A stretch of 64,000 nucleotides of DNA from Armatimonadota bacterium (GCA_023511915.1 JAIMAN010000001.1:2877-66876), one strand, 5' to 3'; numbered from the stretch's first letter, positions 50,516 to 60,527 are shown. Program-made: numbers and translations. The notes: generated from the letters alone by a model not told the origin.

Positions 50516-52996
50516 ATGAGCAGCCCGATTGGACGCGAGGTGTTGCAGGTTCCCGTCGAGGAGGAGATGAAACGCTCCTACCTCGACTACGCGATGAGCG
50601 TGATTATCGCCCGCGCGCTGCCCGATGTGCGCGACGGACTCAAGCCCGTGCAGCGGCGGATTCTGTATGTGATGCGCGAACTCGGCTTGACCCCCGACTC
50701 GCAACACACCAAGTCGGCGAAGGTGTGCGGCGAAACCACCGCGAACTACCACCCGCACGGGCAGGAGGTGGTCTACCCGACGCTGGTGCGCATGGCGCAG
50801 GACTTCAACATGCGCTACCCGCTGGTGGACGGGCAAGGAAACTTCGGGAGCGTGGACGGCGATCCTCCGGCGGCGATGCGCTACACCGAGGTGCGCCTCA
50901 CCCCCATCGCGATGGAGATGCTCGCCGACATCGACAAGGAGACCGTCGATTGGATGCCGAACTACCTGCAGAGCGCGGAGGAGCCGACTGTGCTGCCCGC
51001 GCGCTTTCCGAACCTGCTGTGCAACGGCGGCAGCGGCATCGCCGTCGGCATGGCGACCAACATCCCCCCGCACAACCTCAGCGAAATCGTCGACGCGCTC
51101 ATTTATCGGCTGGAACACCCCACCTGCACGCTGGATCCCATCCTGAAACTGCTGCCTGGTCCCGACTTCCCGACGGGCGCGCTGATTCTGGGCACGAAGG
51201 GCATCCGCCAAGCCTACGAAACAGGGCGCGGCAGCATCGTGATGCAAGCCAAGACGCAAATCGAACCGCTGGACGGCGGCAAAAGCGCGATTGTGATTAC
51301 CGAACTGCCCTACCAAGTGAGCAAGGCGCGCCTGATTGAACAAATCGCCGCGCTGGTCAAGGCGGGCAAACTGGACGGCATCACCGATATTGCCGACTAC
51401 TCCGACCGCACGGGCATGCGCGTCGTGATCGAACTGCGCCGCGATGTGAACCCGAACCGCATGCTCAACAGCCTGCTCAAGCACACGCAGATGCGCACCA
51501 CCTTCGGCGCGATTCTGCTCGCGTTGGTGGACAATGTGCCGCGCGTGATGAGCCTGCTGGACTTGCTCGATCACTATCTGGAGCATCGGCGGGCGGTCAT
51601 CGAGCGGCGCACGCGCTACGAACTGTACCGCGCCAAGTCGCGGGCGCACATTCTGGAGGGGCTGCAAATCGCGCTCAACTTCCTCGACGAGATTATCCGC
51701 ATCATCCGCCAGTCGGAGACCGCCGAAGCAGCCCGCCGCGAGATGATCCGCCGATTCGGGCTGACCGTGCTGCAGGCGGACGCGATTCTGAACACGCAAC
51801 TGCGCCAACTCGCGCGATTGGAGCAGGAGAAACTCGCCGAGGAGTATCGCGGGCTGCTGCGCGAAATCACACGGCTGGAGCATATCCTCTCCGACCCGAA
51901 GCAGGTGGAGCAAATTATCAAGGACGACCTGCGCACCCTCAAGGAGAAGTACGGCGACGCGCGGCGCACGCGCATCATCGCCCGCGAAGCCGAAGACATC
52001 TCGGAAGAGGAACTCATCCCCGAAGAGGAGACGCTCGTGCTGATTACGCGCGACGGGTACATTAAGCGCGTGTCAGTGGACGCCTACCGCTCGCAAAAGC
52101 GCGGCGGCAAAGGCGTAATCGCCACCACCGCCCGCGAGGAAGACGAAGTGGAACACCTGTTCCAAGTCAGCACGCACCACTACATCCTGTTTTTCACCGA
52201 TCGGGGGCGCGTGTACCGCCTCAAAGCCTACGAGATTCCCGAAACCTCGCGTCAGGCGCGCGGCACGGCGGTCATCAACTACATCAACATCCAGCCCGAC
52301 GAGAAGGTGACGGCGACGGTCTCGGTGCGCGATTTCGCCAGCGAGGGCTACCTGACGATGATTACGCGCGGGGGCGAGATTAAGCGCACCGCGCTCAGCG
52401 AGTTCGCGAACCTGCGCAGCAACGGGTTGAATGCGTTTGACCTCGAGAGCGGCGATTCGCTGGGCTGGGTGCTGCACACTTCGGGCAAGGACGATGTGCT
52501 GCTGGTGACGCGCGCGGGGTTGGCGATACGCTTCCCCGAATCGGATGTGCCTGTGCGCGGGCGCACGGCGGGCGGCGTGAAGGCGATACGGCTCGGCAAA
52601 GACGACGCGCTCGTTGCGGCGTGCCGCGTGCAGCCCGACGCGCTGCTGCTGGTCGTCTCCGAGAACGGCTTCGGCAAATGCACGCCGCTTACGGAGTACC
52701 GCGTGCAATCGCGCGGAGGCAAGGGCATCTTCACGATGAATGTCACGCGCAAGACGGGCAGCGTGGTCGCGGCGGAGGTCGTCGAGAAGGACGACAAGGT
52801 CATCCTCGTCACGGCGAACAGCAAGGGCATTCGGCTGCGCGTGGCGGATCTGCGGATCACGGGGCGCATCGCGCAGGGCGTGAAACTGATTGACCTTGCG
52901 GAGGGCGACACGGTGGCGGCGATCACGCGCATCGTGCTGGGCAAACGCCTGCACGCGGTGGACGCTGTACGCGACGGGCAGGGCGCGCGCGGGTAA
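50516..52996 (+). CDS. gyrA: DNA gyrase subunit A
   Basis: The translation shows [39 protein letters not shown] and the active-site region [12 protein letters not shown]-terminal beta-pinwheel repeat region follows. Confidence 0.96.
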   Translation: MSSPIGREVLQVPVEEEMKRSYLDYAMSVIIARALPDVRDGLKPVQRRILYVMRELGLTPDSQHTKSAKVCGETTANYHPHGQEVVYPTLVRMAQDFNMRYPLVDGQGNFGSVDGDPPAAMRYTEVRLTPIAMEMLADIDKETVDWMPNYLQSAEEPTVLPARFPNLLCNGGSGIAVGMATNIPPHNLSEIVDALIYRLEHPTCTLDPILKLLPGPDFPTGALILGTKGIRQAYETGRGSIVMQAKTQIEPLDGGKSAIVITELPYQVSKARLIEQIAALVKAGKLDGITDIADYSDRTGMRVVIELRRDVNPNRMLNSLLKHTQMRTTFGAILLALVDNVPRVMSLLDLLDHYLEHRRAVIERRTRYELYRAKSRAHILEGLQIALNFLDEIIRIIRQSETAEAARREMIRRFGLTVLQADAILNTQLRQLARLEQEKLAEEYRGLLREITRLEHILSDPKQVEQIIKDDLRTLKEKYGDARRTRIIAREAEDISEEELIPEEETLVLITRDGYIKRVSVDAYRSQKRGGKGVIATTAREEDEVEHLFQVSTHHYILFFTDRGRVYRLKAYEIPETSRQARGTAVINYINIQPDEKVTATVSVRDFASEGYLTMITRGGEIKRTALSEFANLRSNGLNAFDLESGDSLGWVLHTSGKDDVLLVTRAGLAIRFPESDVPVRGRTAGGVKAIRLGKDDALVAACRVQPDALLLVVSENGFGKCTPLTEYRVQSRGGKGIFTMNVTRKTGSVVAAEVVEKDDKVILVTANSKGIRLRVADLRITGRIAQGVKLIDLAEGDTVAAITRIVLGKRLHAVDAVRDGQGARG

Positions 52997-53012
52997 GCGA
53001 CGCCGTCTGAGG

Positions 53013-53018
53013 TACAAT
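53013..53018 (+). promoter_or_regulatory. candidate -10 box agg-TACAAT, 7 nt upstream of the ATG (leaderless geometry)
   Basis: The sequence reads tgaggTACAATtccaccATG. Confidence 0.45.
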
Positions 53019-53025
53019 TCCACCA

Positions 53026-54059
53026 TGCGTGCAGTGTTATTGCATGAGTTTGGCGGCGCGGACAAACTGGTCTACGAGGAGAGCGCGCCTGAGCCGATGG
53101 TGGACTCAGGCGAGGTCAAGGTGCGTGTGCGGGCGTGCGCGCTGAACCATCTGGACATCTGGGTGCGCAACGGCATCCCCGCCTACAAGACGCCCTTGCC
53201 CCACATTCTCGGCAGCGACATCGCAGGCGAGGTCGCGGAAGTCGGGGCGAGCGTGCGCGGCTGGGGCAAGGGCGACGAGGTCATCCTCTACCCGATTATC
53301 TCCTGCGGCAAGTGCCGATTCTGCAAGATGGGGCGCGAGAACCTGTGCGTGGAGGTGCAGGTGATTGGCGCGCACCGCGCAGGCGGCTACGCCGAGTATA
53401 TCGTCGTGCCTGAGCGCAACCTGCTGCACAAGCCCGCGAACCTAAGCTTCGAAGAGGCGGCGGCGTTCCCGTTGGTGTTCCTGACGGCGTGGCATATGCT
53501 GATGACCCGCGCGCGGCTGCAACCTGGCGAGTGGGTGCTGGTGATGGGCGGCAGCAGTGGCGTCGGCAGCGCAGCCATCCAAATCGCGAAACTGCGCGGC
53601 GCGCTGGTCATCGCTACCGCAGGCAGCGACGCTAAACTGGAACGCTGCCGTGAACTGGGCGCAGACTGCGTGGTCAACCACAACGACCCCGGCTGGCACA
53701 AGCAGGTGCGCGAGGCGACCGAAGGCGAGGGCATCGATGTGGTGTTCGAGCATGTCGGGCAGGCGGTGTTCGACGCGTGCATCAAACTGCTGACCAAAGG
53801 CGGGCGACTGGTCACCTGCGGGGCGACCACAGGCGGCGAGGCGCGGTTCGACATCCGCTATGTGTTCAGCCGCGAGCTGGAGATTCACGGCGCCTACATC
53901 GGCGCCCGCGCCGAGCTGGAGCAGATTTTGCCCCACATGGTCTACGGACGCCTGCGCCCGATTGTGGACAGTGTGTACGACCTAAAGGACGCCCGCGCGG
54001 CGCACGAGAAACTCGAAAGCCGCGACTTTTTCGGTAAAATCGTGCTGCGCGTGCCCTGA
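53026..54059 (+). CDS. zinc-type alcohol dehydrogenase / quinone oxidoreductase (MDR family)
   Basis: I trimmed the ORF to MRAVLLHEFGG. The translation shows HILGSDIAGEV, CGKCRFCKMGRENLC and GGSSGVGSAAIQ. Confidence 0.85.
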
Positions 54060-54082
54060 ACCCGTTTGCTGGAGGGAACCCG

Positions 54083-54598
54083 ATGACGCCGCAGCTGAGC
54101 ATTCGCTGGTTAGACCCGACGGGCGTGGTGATTGAACGCCTGCCCGACAGCGTGCTGGTGCGCATCCGCCTGCCCAACGGCGAGGTGTACGAAGATGTGC
54201 AGTTCGCCCGCGCCTTCCCGCTGTCCCACGCCAACGAGTATATCAGCGTGCTGCGCCGCGAGGAGCGCGACAAGTTCGTCGAAATCGGCATGTTCCGCAC
54301 GCTGGAGGGCATGCCCGACGACTCGCGCCGCATCGTGGACGAGGAGTTAGACCGCCGCTACTTCACGCCTGTCATCGAGAAAATCTACTCGTTGACCGAA
54401 GAGTACGGGCAGCACCGCTGGGATGTGATGACCGATCGGGGCAGGCGCGTGTTCTATGTGCGCAACTGGCGCGATAATGTGCATGAACTCTCGCCCGTGC
54501 GCTACCTGATTGTGGCGGTGGACGGCAGTCGCTACGAGATTCGCGACCTCGACGCGCTGGACGCTGCAAGCCGCGCCCAACTGGAGCGGTTGGGCTAA
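54083..54598 (+). CDS. DUF1854-like protein
   Basis: The 171 aa product shows ...VQFARAFPLSHANEYISVL...FTPVIEKIYSLTEEYGQHRWDVMTDRGRRVF... The family name is recalled, not searched. GGAGGG lies upstream. Confidence 0.5.
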   Translation: MTPQLSIRWLDPTGVVIERLPDSVLVRIRLPNGEVYEDVQFARAFPLSHANEYISVLRREERDKFVEIGMFRTLEGMPDDSRRIVDEELDRRYFTPVIEKIYSLTEEYGQHRWDVMTDRGRRVFYVRNWRDNVHELSPVRYLIVAVDGSRYEIRDLDALDAASRAQLERLG

Positions 54599-54609
54599 GA
54601 GAACCTGCG

Positions 54610-55194
54610 ATGTTCCCCACGCGCTTGATCATCGGGCTGGGCAACCCAGGCGCGCAGTACGCCTCCACGCGGCACAATGTCGGCTTCTGGACGGTGGACG
54701 CGCTGGCACAGCGGCACGGCATCGAGTTGCGCACGCGCCGCTACCACAGTCGGGTCGGCGTCGGGACAATTGCGGGCGTAGCGGTCGCGCTGGCGCAGCC
54801 ACAGACCTACATGAACCTCAGCGGGCAGGCGGCGCAGGCACTGCTGCACGCCTACCGCCTGACGCCCGACCAGATGCTGGTGGTGTTCGACGACATCTGG
54901 CTCGCGCCAGGCGCCGTGCGCGTGCGCCCCAAAGGGTCTGCAGGCGGGCACAACGGCATGAAGTCGATAATCGCCGCGCTGGGCACGGAGGCGTTCCCGC
55001 GCGTGCGCATCGGGATTGGGCAGCCGCCCGACGGGGTAGATCTCGCCGACTATGTGCTGTCCGCCCCAAGCGTCGCCGAGCGTGAACTGCTGCTGAACGC
55101 CGTGCAACGCGCCGCCGACGCCTGCGAAGCGTGGCTCACGGAACCCATCGAGCAGGTCATGGCGCGATTCAACGCCGACGCGCCTAAAAGATGA
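54610..55194 (+). CDS. pth: peptidyl-tRNA hydrolase
   Basis: The translation shows LIIGLGNPGAQYASTRHNVGF, DDIWLAPG and GGHNGMKSI. Confidence 0.93.
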   Translation: MFPTRLIIGLGNPGAQYASTRHNVGFWTVDALAQRHGIELRTRRYHSRVGVGTIAGVAVALAQPQTYMNLSGQAAQALLHAYRLTPDQMLVVFDDIWLAPGAVRVRPKGSAGGHNGMKSIIAALGTEAFPRVRIGIGQPPDGVDLADYVLSAPSVAERELLLNAVQRAADACEAWLTEPIEQVMARFNADAPKR

Positions 55195-57970
55195 AGTTCA
55201 TGTTCGCGTCCAGCGAGCGCGCGCGGTAGCTGAACTGACTATACTGCGGGTCTAAGTTCAGCTGCTCGCGGAAGCGGTAGCTCAGCACGAACGCCCAGTT
55301 GCGCGTGATGCGGTACTGGTAGCCGATGTTGAATGCCGTGTCGCGCGAGGGGAGGTAGCCGCGCAGGGTGGTGCGCTGGAACTCGGCGAACAGGCTCTGG
55401 TTGCTGGCGATGTCGTAGCTCACGCGCGCCGCGAAGCCGACAGGCTCCTGCACAAACTCGCCCTGCCCGCCCTGAAAGCCCTCGCCCAGAAAGCTGCGCG
55501 TCTTCATCGCATAGAAGCTCAGGTTCACCGTCCAGCGGCGCAGCGGTCCGATGTCCACTGCGAGCGTCAAAAACTCGTTGCTGGAGTTGCCTGTCGCGGA
55601 GAGGAACTGCACCTCTTGGCGCGACCAGCTCGCGCTGAGCGCCAGCCAATCGCGCGGCAGGTAGCTAACGCCCACCGAGAGCGACTCCTGCGCGCTGTTG
55701 GTCTGCAAATCGCCCAGCGAGCGGTTCTGGCTCCACTGCAGGTCTATCGAGAGCGCGTCCAGCGGCGTCCACTGCACGGTGAGGTCTTGCCCCTTGCCCC
55801 GCACGCCGAAATAGCTGAACCCGCTGAGGGGCGGCGCGCCCGACGAGAAGCCGTTGCCGTCGAAGCCGACGCCCCACGGGTTCGAGGGGAAGCCCGTGGT
55901 CGGCGGCAGCGGGTTGCCGAACTGCCGCGAGCGCACATCGGTCGGCGCGAGGTTCAGCGACCCCGAATCGCTATCGCGCCAGCGGTAGGTGAGGCTTAGG
56001 CTCGATAGCGGTCGCCACGAGGCGTCCACCGAATAGTCGCGCGACTGGGTGCGCACGCTCCCACTCGGCTGGCGCTGCTGGATGTCGCTTTGCGCCAGCG
56101 AGGCGCGCAGGGTCAGCTGCGCGTTCACCGTCCAGTCCACCTGCGAGCGCAGGCTGCGGATGCGGTAGAACAGGTTCGTACCGCCGCTCAGTGCGCTGAA
56201 GGCGTCCGACTCGGACTGCTCGTAGCCCAGCGAGAAGTTGAGCGCGTCCCAGCGGCGGGCGAGGCTAATCGCGTCGCGCGTCTGCTCGCTGCGGCTGTTC
56301 GGGGCGCGCACTTCGTTCGTGTTGCGGCTGAGCGTGAGCTGGAAGTCGTTCGGCGGGGTGTAGCTGTAGGTGAAGTTCTGGATGCGCGTGTCGGTGAAGC
56401 TCGCGCTGAAGCTGCTGCTGAGTGGGTTCAGCGCGGCGACGCGCAGGTTGCTGAAACTCGCCTGCAGGTTCGATATCGCGCTGAAGCGGTAGCTGAGGTC
56501 GGCTTGGTAGCCGCGCTCGTTGCGGCGGAAGCCGACCGATTCGATGCCGATGAATTCCGCAGGGATGTCACGGTAGGTCGCGTTCAGGGTGAGACGCCCG
56601 AATTCAAAGCGTCCTGTGGCGTTGTGCGCAATCGCCTCCAGTCGGCTGCCCTGCGCGACGGCGCGGCTCTGCGCCGCGTTCCACACAAGGCTCCCGACGC
56701 GCCCCAGCGGGAGCGTGAAGTCGATGCCCATCACCTCGCGGTCGCCGCCAATCGTCGAGCTGGGGTCAGGGCGCGGGGTGTATTCCACCTGAATGATGAC
56801 CGTCTGGGGCATAAAGCGCGTGAAGTAGAATCGGTAGGGCAGCAGCTCGTCGAAGTAGTAGTCGACGCCTTCCACCTGCGGCGCGCCCGCGACAGTGATA
56901 ATCACAGGGTTCGCCGCGTCGCGCAGGGGCGGGAACTGCAGGTCATACGGCGTGCTGGGCGCGCCAAAACCGTAGAACTGCTCCGTGCGACGGCGTAGCG
57001 CGGTGCGCGCCGTCGTCTGCTGCGAGAGCATCGTGAAGCCCAAGTTGAACCCACCGCCGAGATTACCCTCCCAGCGGAAGCCTTGCAAGCGGCTTGGCGC
57101 AGCGTTGAACGCATAGGTCTCGTAGGTCACCACGATAGTGGAGGTGCGCGGGATAATCATCCCGTCGCGGAAGCGCAGGATGCCCCCGAAGTAGTCGATG
57201 GTGTAGTCGTCGCCGCGCCGTTTTTCGACGCCGTCGACTTGCACGCGCTCGCTGCCGTCCACAATCTGGCTGCCCTGCAGGTAGTAGGGTCCGGGGCTGT
57301 CGTTGCCCGAAATCGTGATGGTGCGTGCAGCGGCTTTGGTCTCGGAGGTGATGTACCGAAAGCGGTTCCCGCCCCAGGTAGCGGTCGCCGACGCGCCTTT
57401 GAGCGTGCGGTTGAACCCCACCAGCGGGTTCGCCCCGCCCAGCGACGCTGTGATGTCGCCCCACTCCAGCGTCAGGTTCGGCGACTCGTAGGTGTAGGTG
57501 ATCCGCGCGTCATACGGGTTGCGAAAGCGGCTGTTCGTCCAGCGCCAGTCGAAGCTCAAAAACCCCAGAAACTTGTTCACGCGGATGGTCAGCTCGGTGT
57601 TGTCCGTGACGCGCTGTCCGCCTTGCCCGAAGTAGTTCTGGTCGCGGAAGGCAGCGAAATCGCCCTCGATGTCGTGCAGGTGGTAGCCGATACTTTTGCG
57701 CCCGCTGATGGTGACCGTGCGTCGGAACTCCTCTTCCAGCGTCTCCCAGCTGCGCAGGGTGCGCAGAATGCTGTCGAGCGTGTCGCGTCGTTGTGGGCGT
57801 GGGCGGGGCGTCTCAGCAGGCTGAGTACGCGGCAGCGCTTCCTGCGGAATCTCGATGCTCGGCACGACGCCTGCAGGGGTGAGGATGGGGGGTGTTTTGA
57901 GTTGCGCCGATGCGGACGCGCTGAGTGCGAGGGCGACGGCGAGGGCGGTTGCCAATTTTGTTGCTCTCAC
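55184..57970 (-). CDS. large outer-membrane beta-barrel protein (putative)
   Basis: The C-terminus ...LDANMNFIF ends in an aromatic residue, as is typical of OMPs, and alternating beta-strand patterns run throughout. I trimmed the 1113 aa track ORF because its first ~185 aa translate repeats. The proposed start is the GTG at 57970 (VRATKLATALAVALALSASASA/Q signal), with the TTG at 57955 as an alternative. Confidence 0.65.
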   Translation of the reverse strand: MRATKLATALAVALALSASASAQLKTPPILTPAGVVPSIEIPQEALPRTQPAETPRPRPQRRDTLDSILRTLRSWETLEEEFRRTVTISGRKSIGYHLHDIEGDFAAFRDQNYFGQGGQRVTDNTELTIRVNKFLGFLSFDWRWTNSRFRNPYDARITYTYESPNLTLEWGDITASLGGANPLVGFNRTLKGASATATWGGNRFRYITSETKAAARTITISGNDSPGPYYLQGSQIVDGSERVQVDGVEKRRGDDYTIDYFGGILRFRDGMIIPRTSTIVVTYETYAFNAAPSRLQGFRWEGNLGGGFNLGFTMLSQQTTARTALRRRTEQFYGFGAPSTPYDLQFPPLRDAANPVIITVAGAPQVEGVDYYFDELLPYRFYFTRFMPQTVIIQVEYTPRPDPSSTIGGDREVMGIDFTLPLGRVGSLVWNAAQSRAVAQGSRLEAIAHNATGRFEFGRLTLNATYRDIPAEFIGIESVGFRRNERGYQADLSYRFSAISNLQASFSNLRVAALNPLSSSFSASFTDTRIQNFTYSYTPPNDFQLTLSRNTNEVRAPNSRSEQTRDAISLARRWDALNFSLGYEQSESDAFSALSGGTNLFYRIRSLRSQVDWTVNAQLTLRASLAQSDIQQRQPSGSVRTQSRDYSVDASWRPLSSLSLTYRWRDSDSGSLNLAPTDVRSRQFGNPLPPTTGFPSNPWGVGFDGNGFSSGAPPLSGFSYFGVRGKGQDLTVQWTPLDALSIDLQWSQNRSLGDLQTNSAQESLSVGVSYLPRDWLALSASWSRQEVQFLSATGNSSNEFLTLAVDIGPLRRWTVNLSFYAMKTRSFLGEGFQGGQGEFVQEPVGFAARVSYDIASNQSLFAEFQRTTLRGYLPSRDTAFNIGYQYRITRNWAFVLSYRFREQLNLDPQYSQFSYRARSLDANMNFIF

Positions 57971-58363
57971 CCCCAGCCCCTCTCCCACAGGGTGGGCGCT
58001 TAAGAGGGTAGGTTTTCTGCGGGCGTGCTTGCTCGCGGCATTTCCGAGCAGGGCATTTCTGCCTCCGTGCGAGCGAGACGCTCGCGCTCCCAGCATGCGC
58101 GACGCTGGGAACGCGGGCGTCCCGCCCGCCATGCCAACCGCGTGAGAAAAAAACCTACCCCTTTGAGCAGGGTGGGCGCGGGGTGTAGGGGCGCACGGCA
58201 GTGCGCCCTCAGCCGTTTTTCCCCTCGTCCGCTTGCAAGGGAGGGGGATTATGGAGTGCGGAAGCGGAGCTTCCGCATGATGCTGAAGCTGCGCTTCAGC
58301 ACTCCAAAGGGTCTGGCGCGCGACTCCCCTCTCCCGCGCAGTGGGAGAGGGGCTGGGGGTGAG
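57966..58363. repeat. MITE-like composite of about 400 bp, bracketed by perfect 21 bp inverted repeats
   Basis: The left arm ctcacccccagcccctctccc at 57966-57986 is the exact reverse complement of gggagaggggctgggggtgag at 58343-58363. The interior holds further nested inverted and direct repeats, including the family-A unit. Confidence 0.75.
58253..58305 (+). repeat. family-A palindromic repeat (three-way-junction fold), copy 3
   Basis: The sequence is GGAGTGCGGAAGCGGAGCTTCCGCATGATGCTGAAGCTGCGCTTCAGCACTCC. Confidence 0.85.
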
Positions 58364-58402
58364 GGCAAAAAAGCGTGCGTTCGCGAGCGATGTGCCCTTG
58401 TC

Positions 58403-58476
58403 CCCCCTCCTAACCTCCCCCGTCAACGGGGGACGAACACCCCCCTCCCCGCGTGCGGGGAGGGTTGGGGTGGGGG
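58403..58476 (+). repeat. family-B repeat copy (CCCCCTCCT, TCCCCCG hairpin, CCCTCCCCGC hairpin, GGTTGGGGTGGGGG)
   Basis: It aligns almost base for base with the reverse complement of 63672-63751. Confidence 0.8.
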
Positions 58477-58502
58477 CTGCTCGGTCATAACCCGTGTGCA
58501 GT

Positions 58503-59393
58503 TCACTGGCTGCTTTGCTGCGCATTCGCCGTCTTCGGCTCCTTGCGGGTGAGCGCGGCGGTCAGCTTGACCTCCGAGGTCTCCCGCTCAAAGTCCTTGA
58601 TTTCGGAGCCGTCCTTCTTGATGGGTTCGGTCGTCTGGTTCAGGCTGGCTTGCATCGTCATGCGCTGCACCAGCCCGTTGTCGGGGTGATACCACATGGT
58701 CATCGTGCCCTTCATCAGCCCTTTGGTGACGCGCGCGGCGGCTTCTTTGTCGGTGGTCGGCTGGTAGAAGGCGTCTTGGTACGACTCGATGGTCTGCTCG
58801 AAGGTCTGGGTGATTTTGTGCAGTTTGACGCCGTTGTAGTCCTCCATGCCTTCGTAGCGGGCGGTCATGGGGATTTGGAGCGCGCCGATGACGCGCACGA
58901 AATTCCAGCTCATGCCGTTGGTGAGCGGCTTATCAGGCAGCTCGGTCGGAATCAGCAGCGTCGCCAAGTTGCGGGGGTCAAAGCCTGGCAGCTGGAAGCC
59001 CATCAGCCCGCCGCCGCCCTGCAGCCCCGACAGCTTGCCGTTGGGCGCGACGGTCGCCGTCGAGTCGGGGATCACATTCCGCGCCATGTCCAGCCCGACG
59101 GGGAACGGCTGCCCGTTGAACTCCGCCTCGAACGCCTCCAGTCCCGTCTTGACGGTCGCCTTGCCGCCGTCCTCGACCTTGTCCACTTCCATAAACACGG
59201 TCATCATCATCTTCAGCGTGCCTGCCATGCCCGCTGCGCCCGGAATGGGCAGGTTGCCGTTCAGTTCCACAGTCGCATCGAACAGTTCCCGCTGCTTCTC
59301 GGTGAACTTGAACTGCAGCGTGCTGGACGCCTCTTGCGCCCAGAGTGCGTTAACCAACGCGCTTACCGCCAATAGACTCGCGAGTCGTCTCAT
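58503..59393 (-). CDS. hypothetical secreted protein
   Basis: The signal peptide is MRRLASLLAVSALVNALWAQEAS. AGGAGG lies 6 nt upstream of the ATG at 59393. I do not recognise a family. Confidence 0.6.
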   Translation of the reverse strand: MRRLASLLAVSALVNALWAQEASSTLQFKFTEKQRELFDATVELNGNLPIPGAAGMAGTLKMMMTVFMEVDKVEDGGKATVKTGLEAFEAEFNGQPFPVGLDMARNVIPDSTATVAPNGKLSGLQGGGGLMGFQLPGFDPRNLATLLIPTELPDKPLTNGMSWNFVRVIGALQIPMTARYEGMEDYNGVKLHKITQTFEQTIESYQDAFYQPTTDKEAAARVTKGLMKGTMTMWYHPDNGLVQRMTMQASLNQTTEPIKKDGSEIKDFERETSEVKLTAALTRKEPKTANAQQSSQ

Positions 59394-59471
59394 GTGTGCC
59401 TCCTGCATGGTGTGGCGCGATGCGCCGTTGGAAGTATACCCGCGTCTTTGGACGGCTGAAATCGCCGAAAG

Positions 59472-60527
59472 TTATGCGACGGTCAGCAGGCGCACGAACA
59501 GGTTCTCGGTCACGAGTTGGGGGTTGGCGTTGCCGAGGATGGCGCGTCGCGCTTGGATGATGGCTTGCAGGTCGTGTGTGCGTTCGGGCGCGGCGAAGCG
59601 TTGGGCGAGTTGGCGCAGCGCGTCGCGGTGCGCCTCGAAGCGCAGGGGCGCGTCGGGATATTGCATGGCGAGCGCGTCGCGATACCACTGCACGAGGTAC
59701 TCCAGCCCCAGCGCGAGCGCGGCGCGCGCCGAGCGCGACGGGCTGCCGCCCTCCAACGCCTTGCACGCCTCGCGGAACTCGTGCGCCAGCCGCAGCGCGT
59801 CCTCCAGCGACGCCTGTCCCAGCCGCGCGAACACGCCGAGCAACGCCTGCAGCGCGTCCAACTCGCGCGGGGCGTTATCGGAACCCTGCAACGCCTCCGC
59901 CCAGCGGATGGCGCGTCCCAGCGCGCCGTCCGAGAACGCCGCGATTGCCTGCACGGTCGCTTCGGGCAGCGAGCAGCGCGCCTGCAGATACGCCGCGACC
60001 TGCGCCGTCGGCAGCGCGCCCAAGCGCACAATCCGACAGCGCGAGAGTATCGTCTGCAGCAGCAGGTCGCTGGCAGGCGCGGTCAGCAAAAAATGGTAGC
60101 GCGGGGGCGGCTCTTCGAGCGTCTTGAGTAGCGCGTTCGCCGCCGCAGGGTTCAGCAGGTGCGCCTCCTCCAGCAAAACGAACCGCACGGGCGCAACCGT
60201 CGGCGCGAACGCCGCCCACTGACGCACCCCACGCACGGCGTCGATCTTAATCTGGTCGGGGTCGGGGCGCAGGATGCGCAGGTCGGGATGCTCGCCTGCG
60301 TCCGACCATTTCTGGCACACGGGGCACGCGCCGCAGTGTCCGTCGGGCGTGCGCTGCGGGCACAGCCACGCGGCGGCAAGCGAACGCGCCAGCGTGCGCT
60401 TGCCCACGCCCGCCATCCCCACCAGCAGCAGCGACTGCGACGGGCTGGGGCGCGTCAGCATCTGCGTCAGCGCACGGCGCACCGACTCTGGCGCAACGAC
60501 CACCTCGCGAAACGGCAACGGACGCAT
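59472..60527 (-). CDS. holB: DNA polymerase III delta-prime subunit
   Basis: The translation shows LLLVGMAGVGKRTLARSLAAAWLC...CGACPVCQ, FVLLEEAHLLN and SRCRIVRL. Confidence 0.85.
   Translation of the reverse strand: MRPLPFREVVVAPESVRRALTQMLTRPSPSQSLLLVGMAGVGKRTLARSLAAAWLCPQRTPDGHCGACPVCQKWSDAGEHPDLRILRPDPDQIKIDAVRGVRQWAAFAPTVAPVRFVLLEEAHLLNPAAANALLKTLEEPPPRYHFLLTAPASDLLLQTILSRCRIVRLGALPTAQVAAYLQARCSLPEATVQAIAAFSDGALGRAIRWAEALQGSDNAPRELDALQALLGVFARLGQASLEDALRLAHEFREACKALEGGSPSRSARAALALGLEYLVQWYRDALAMQYPDAPLRFEAHRDALRQLAQRFAAPERTHDLQAIIQARRAILGNANPQLVTENLFVRLLTVA

Noticed and set aside
50300-53065. Minus-strand ORFs of 537 aa and 330 aa.
   Set aside because: They are antisense to gyrA and have low-complexity Arg/His/Ala composition.
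57966-58500. A CRISPR-array interpretation of the G/C-rich hairpin repeats (also at 4966-5140, 30525-30618, 47491-47620 and 63672-63751).
   Set aside because: There is no regular repeat-spacer periodicity. The units are different modules in mixed orientation, and no cas genes are present in the window.
58025-58552. ORFs translating the repeat clusters (58025..58552 plus strand, 4855..5163 minus strand). This also covers the N-terminal extensions of 46085..47527, 47455..49116 and 55184..58525.
   Set aside because: The same nucleotide modules recur in both orientations in unrelated intergenic sites. The peptides are therefore by-products of the repeats, and I trimmed the gene starts accordingly.
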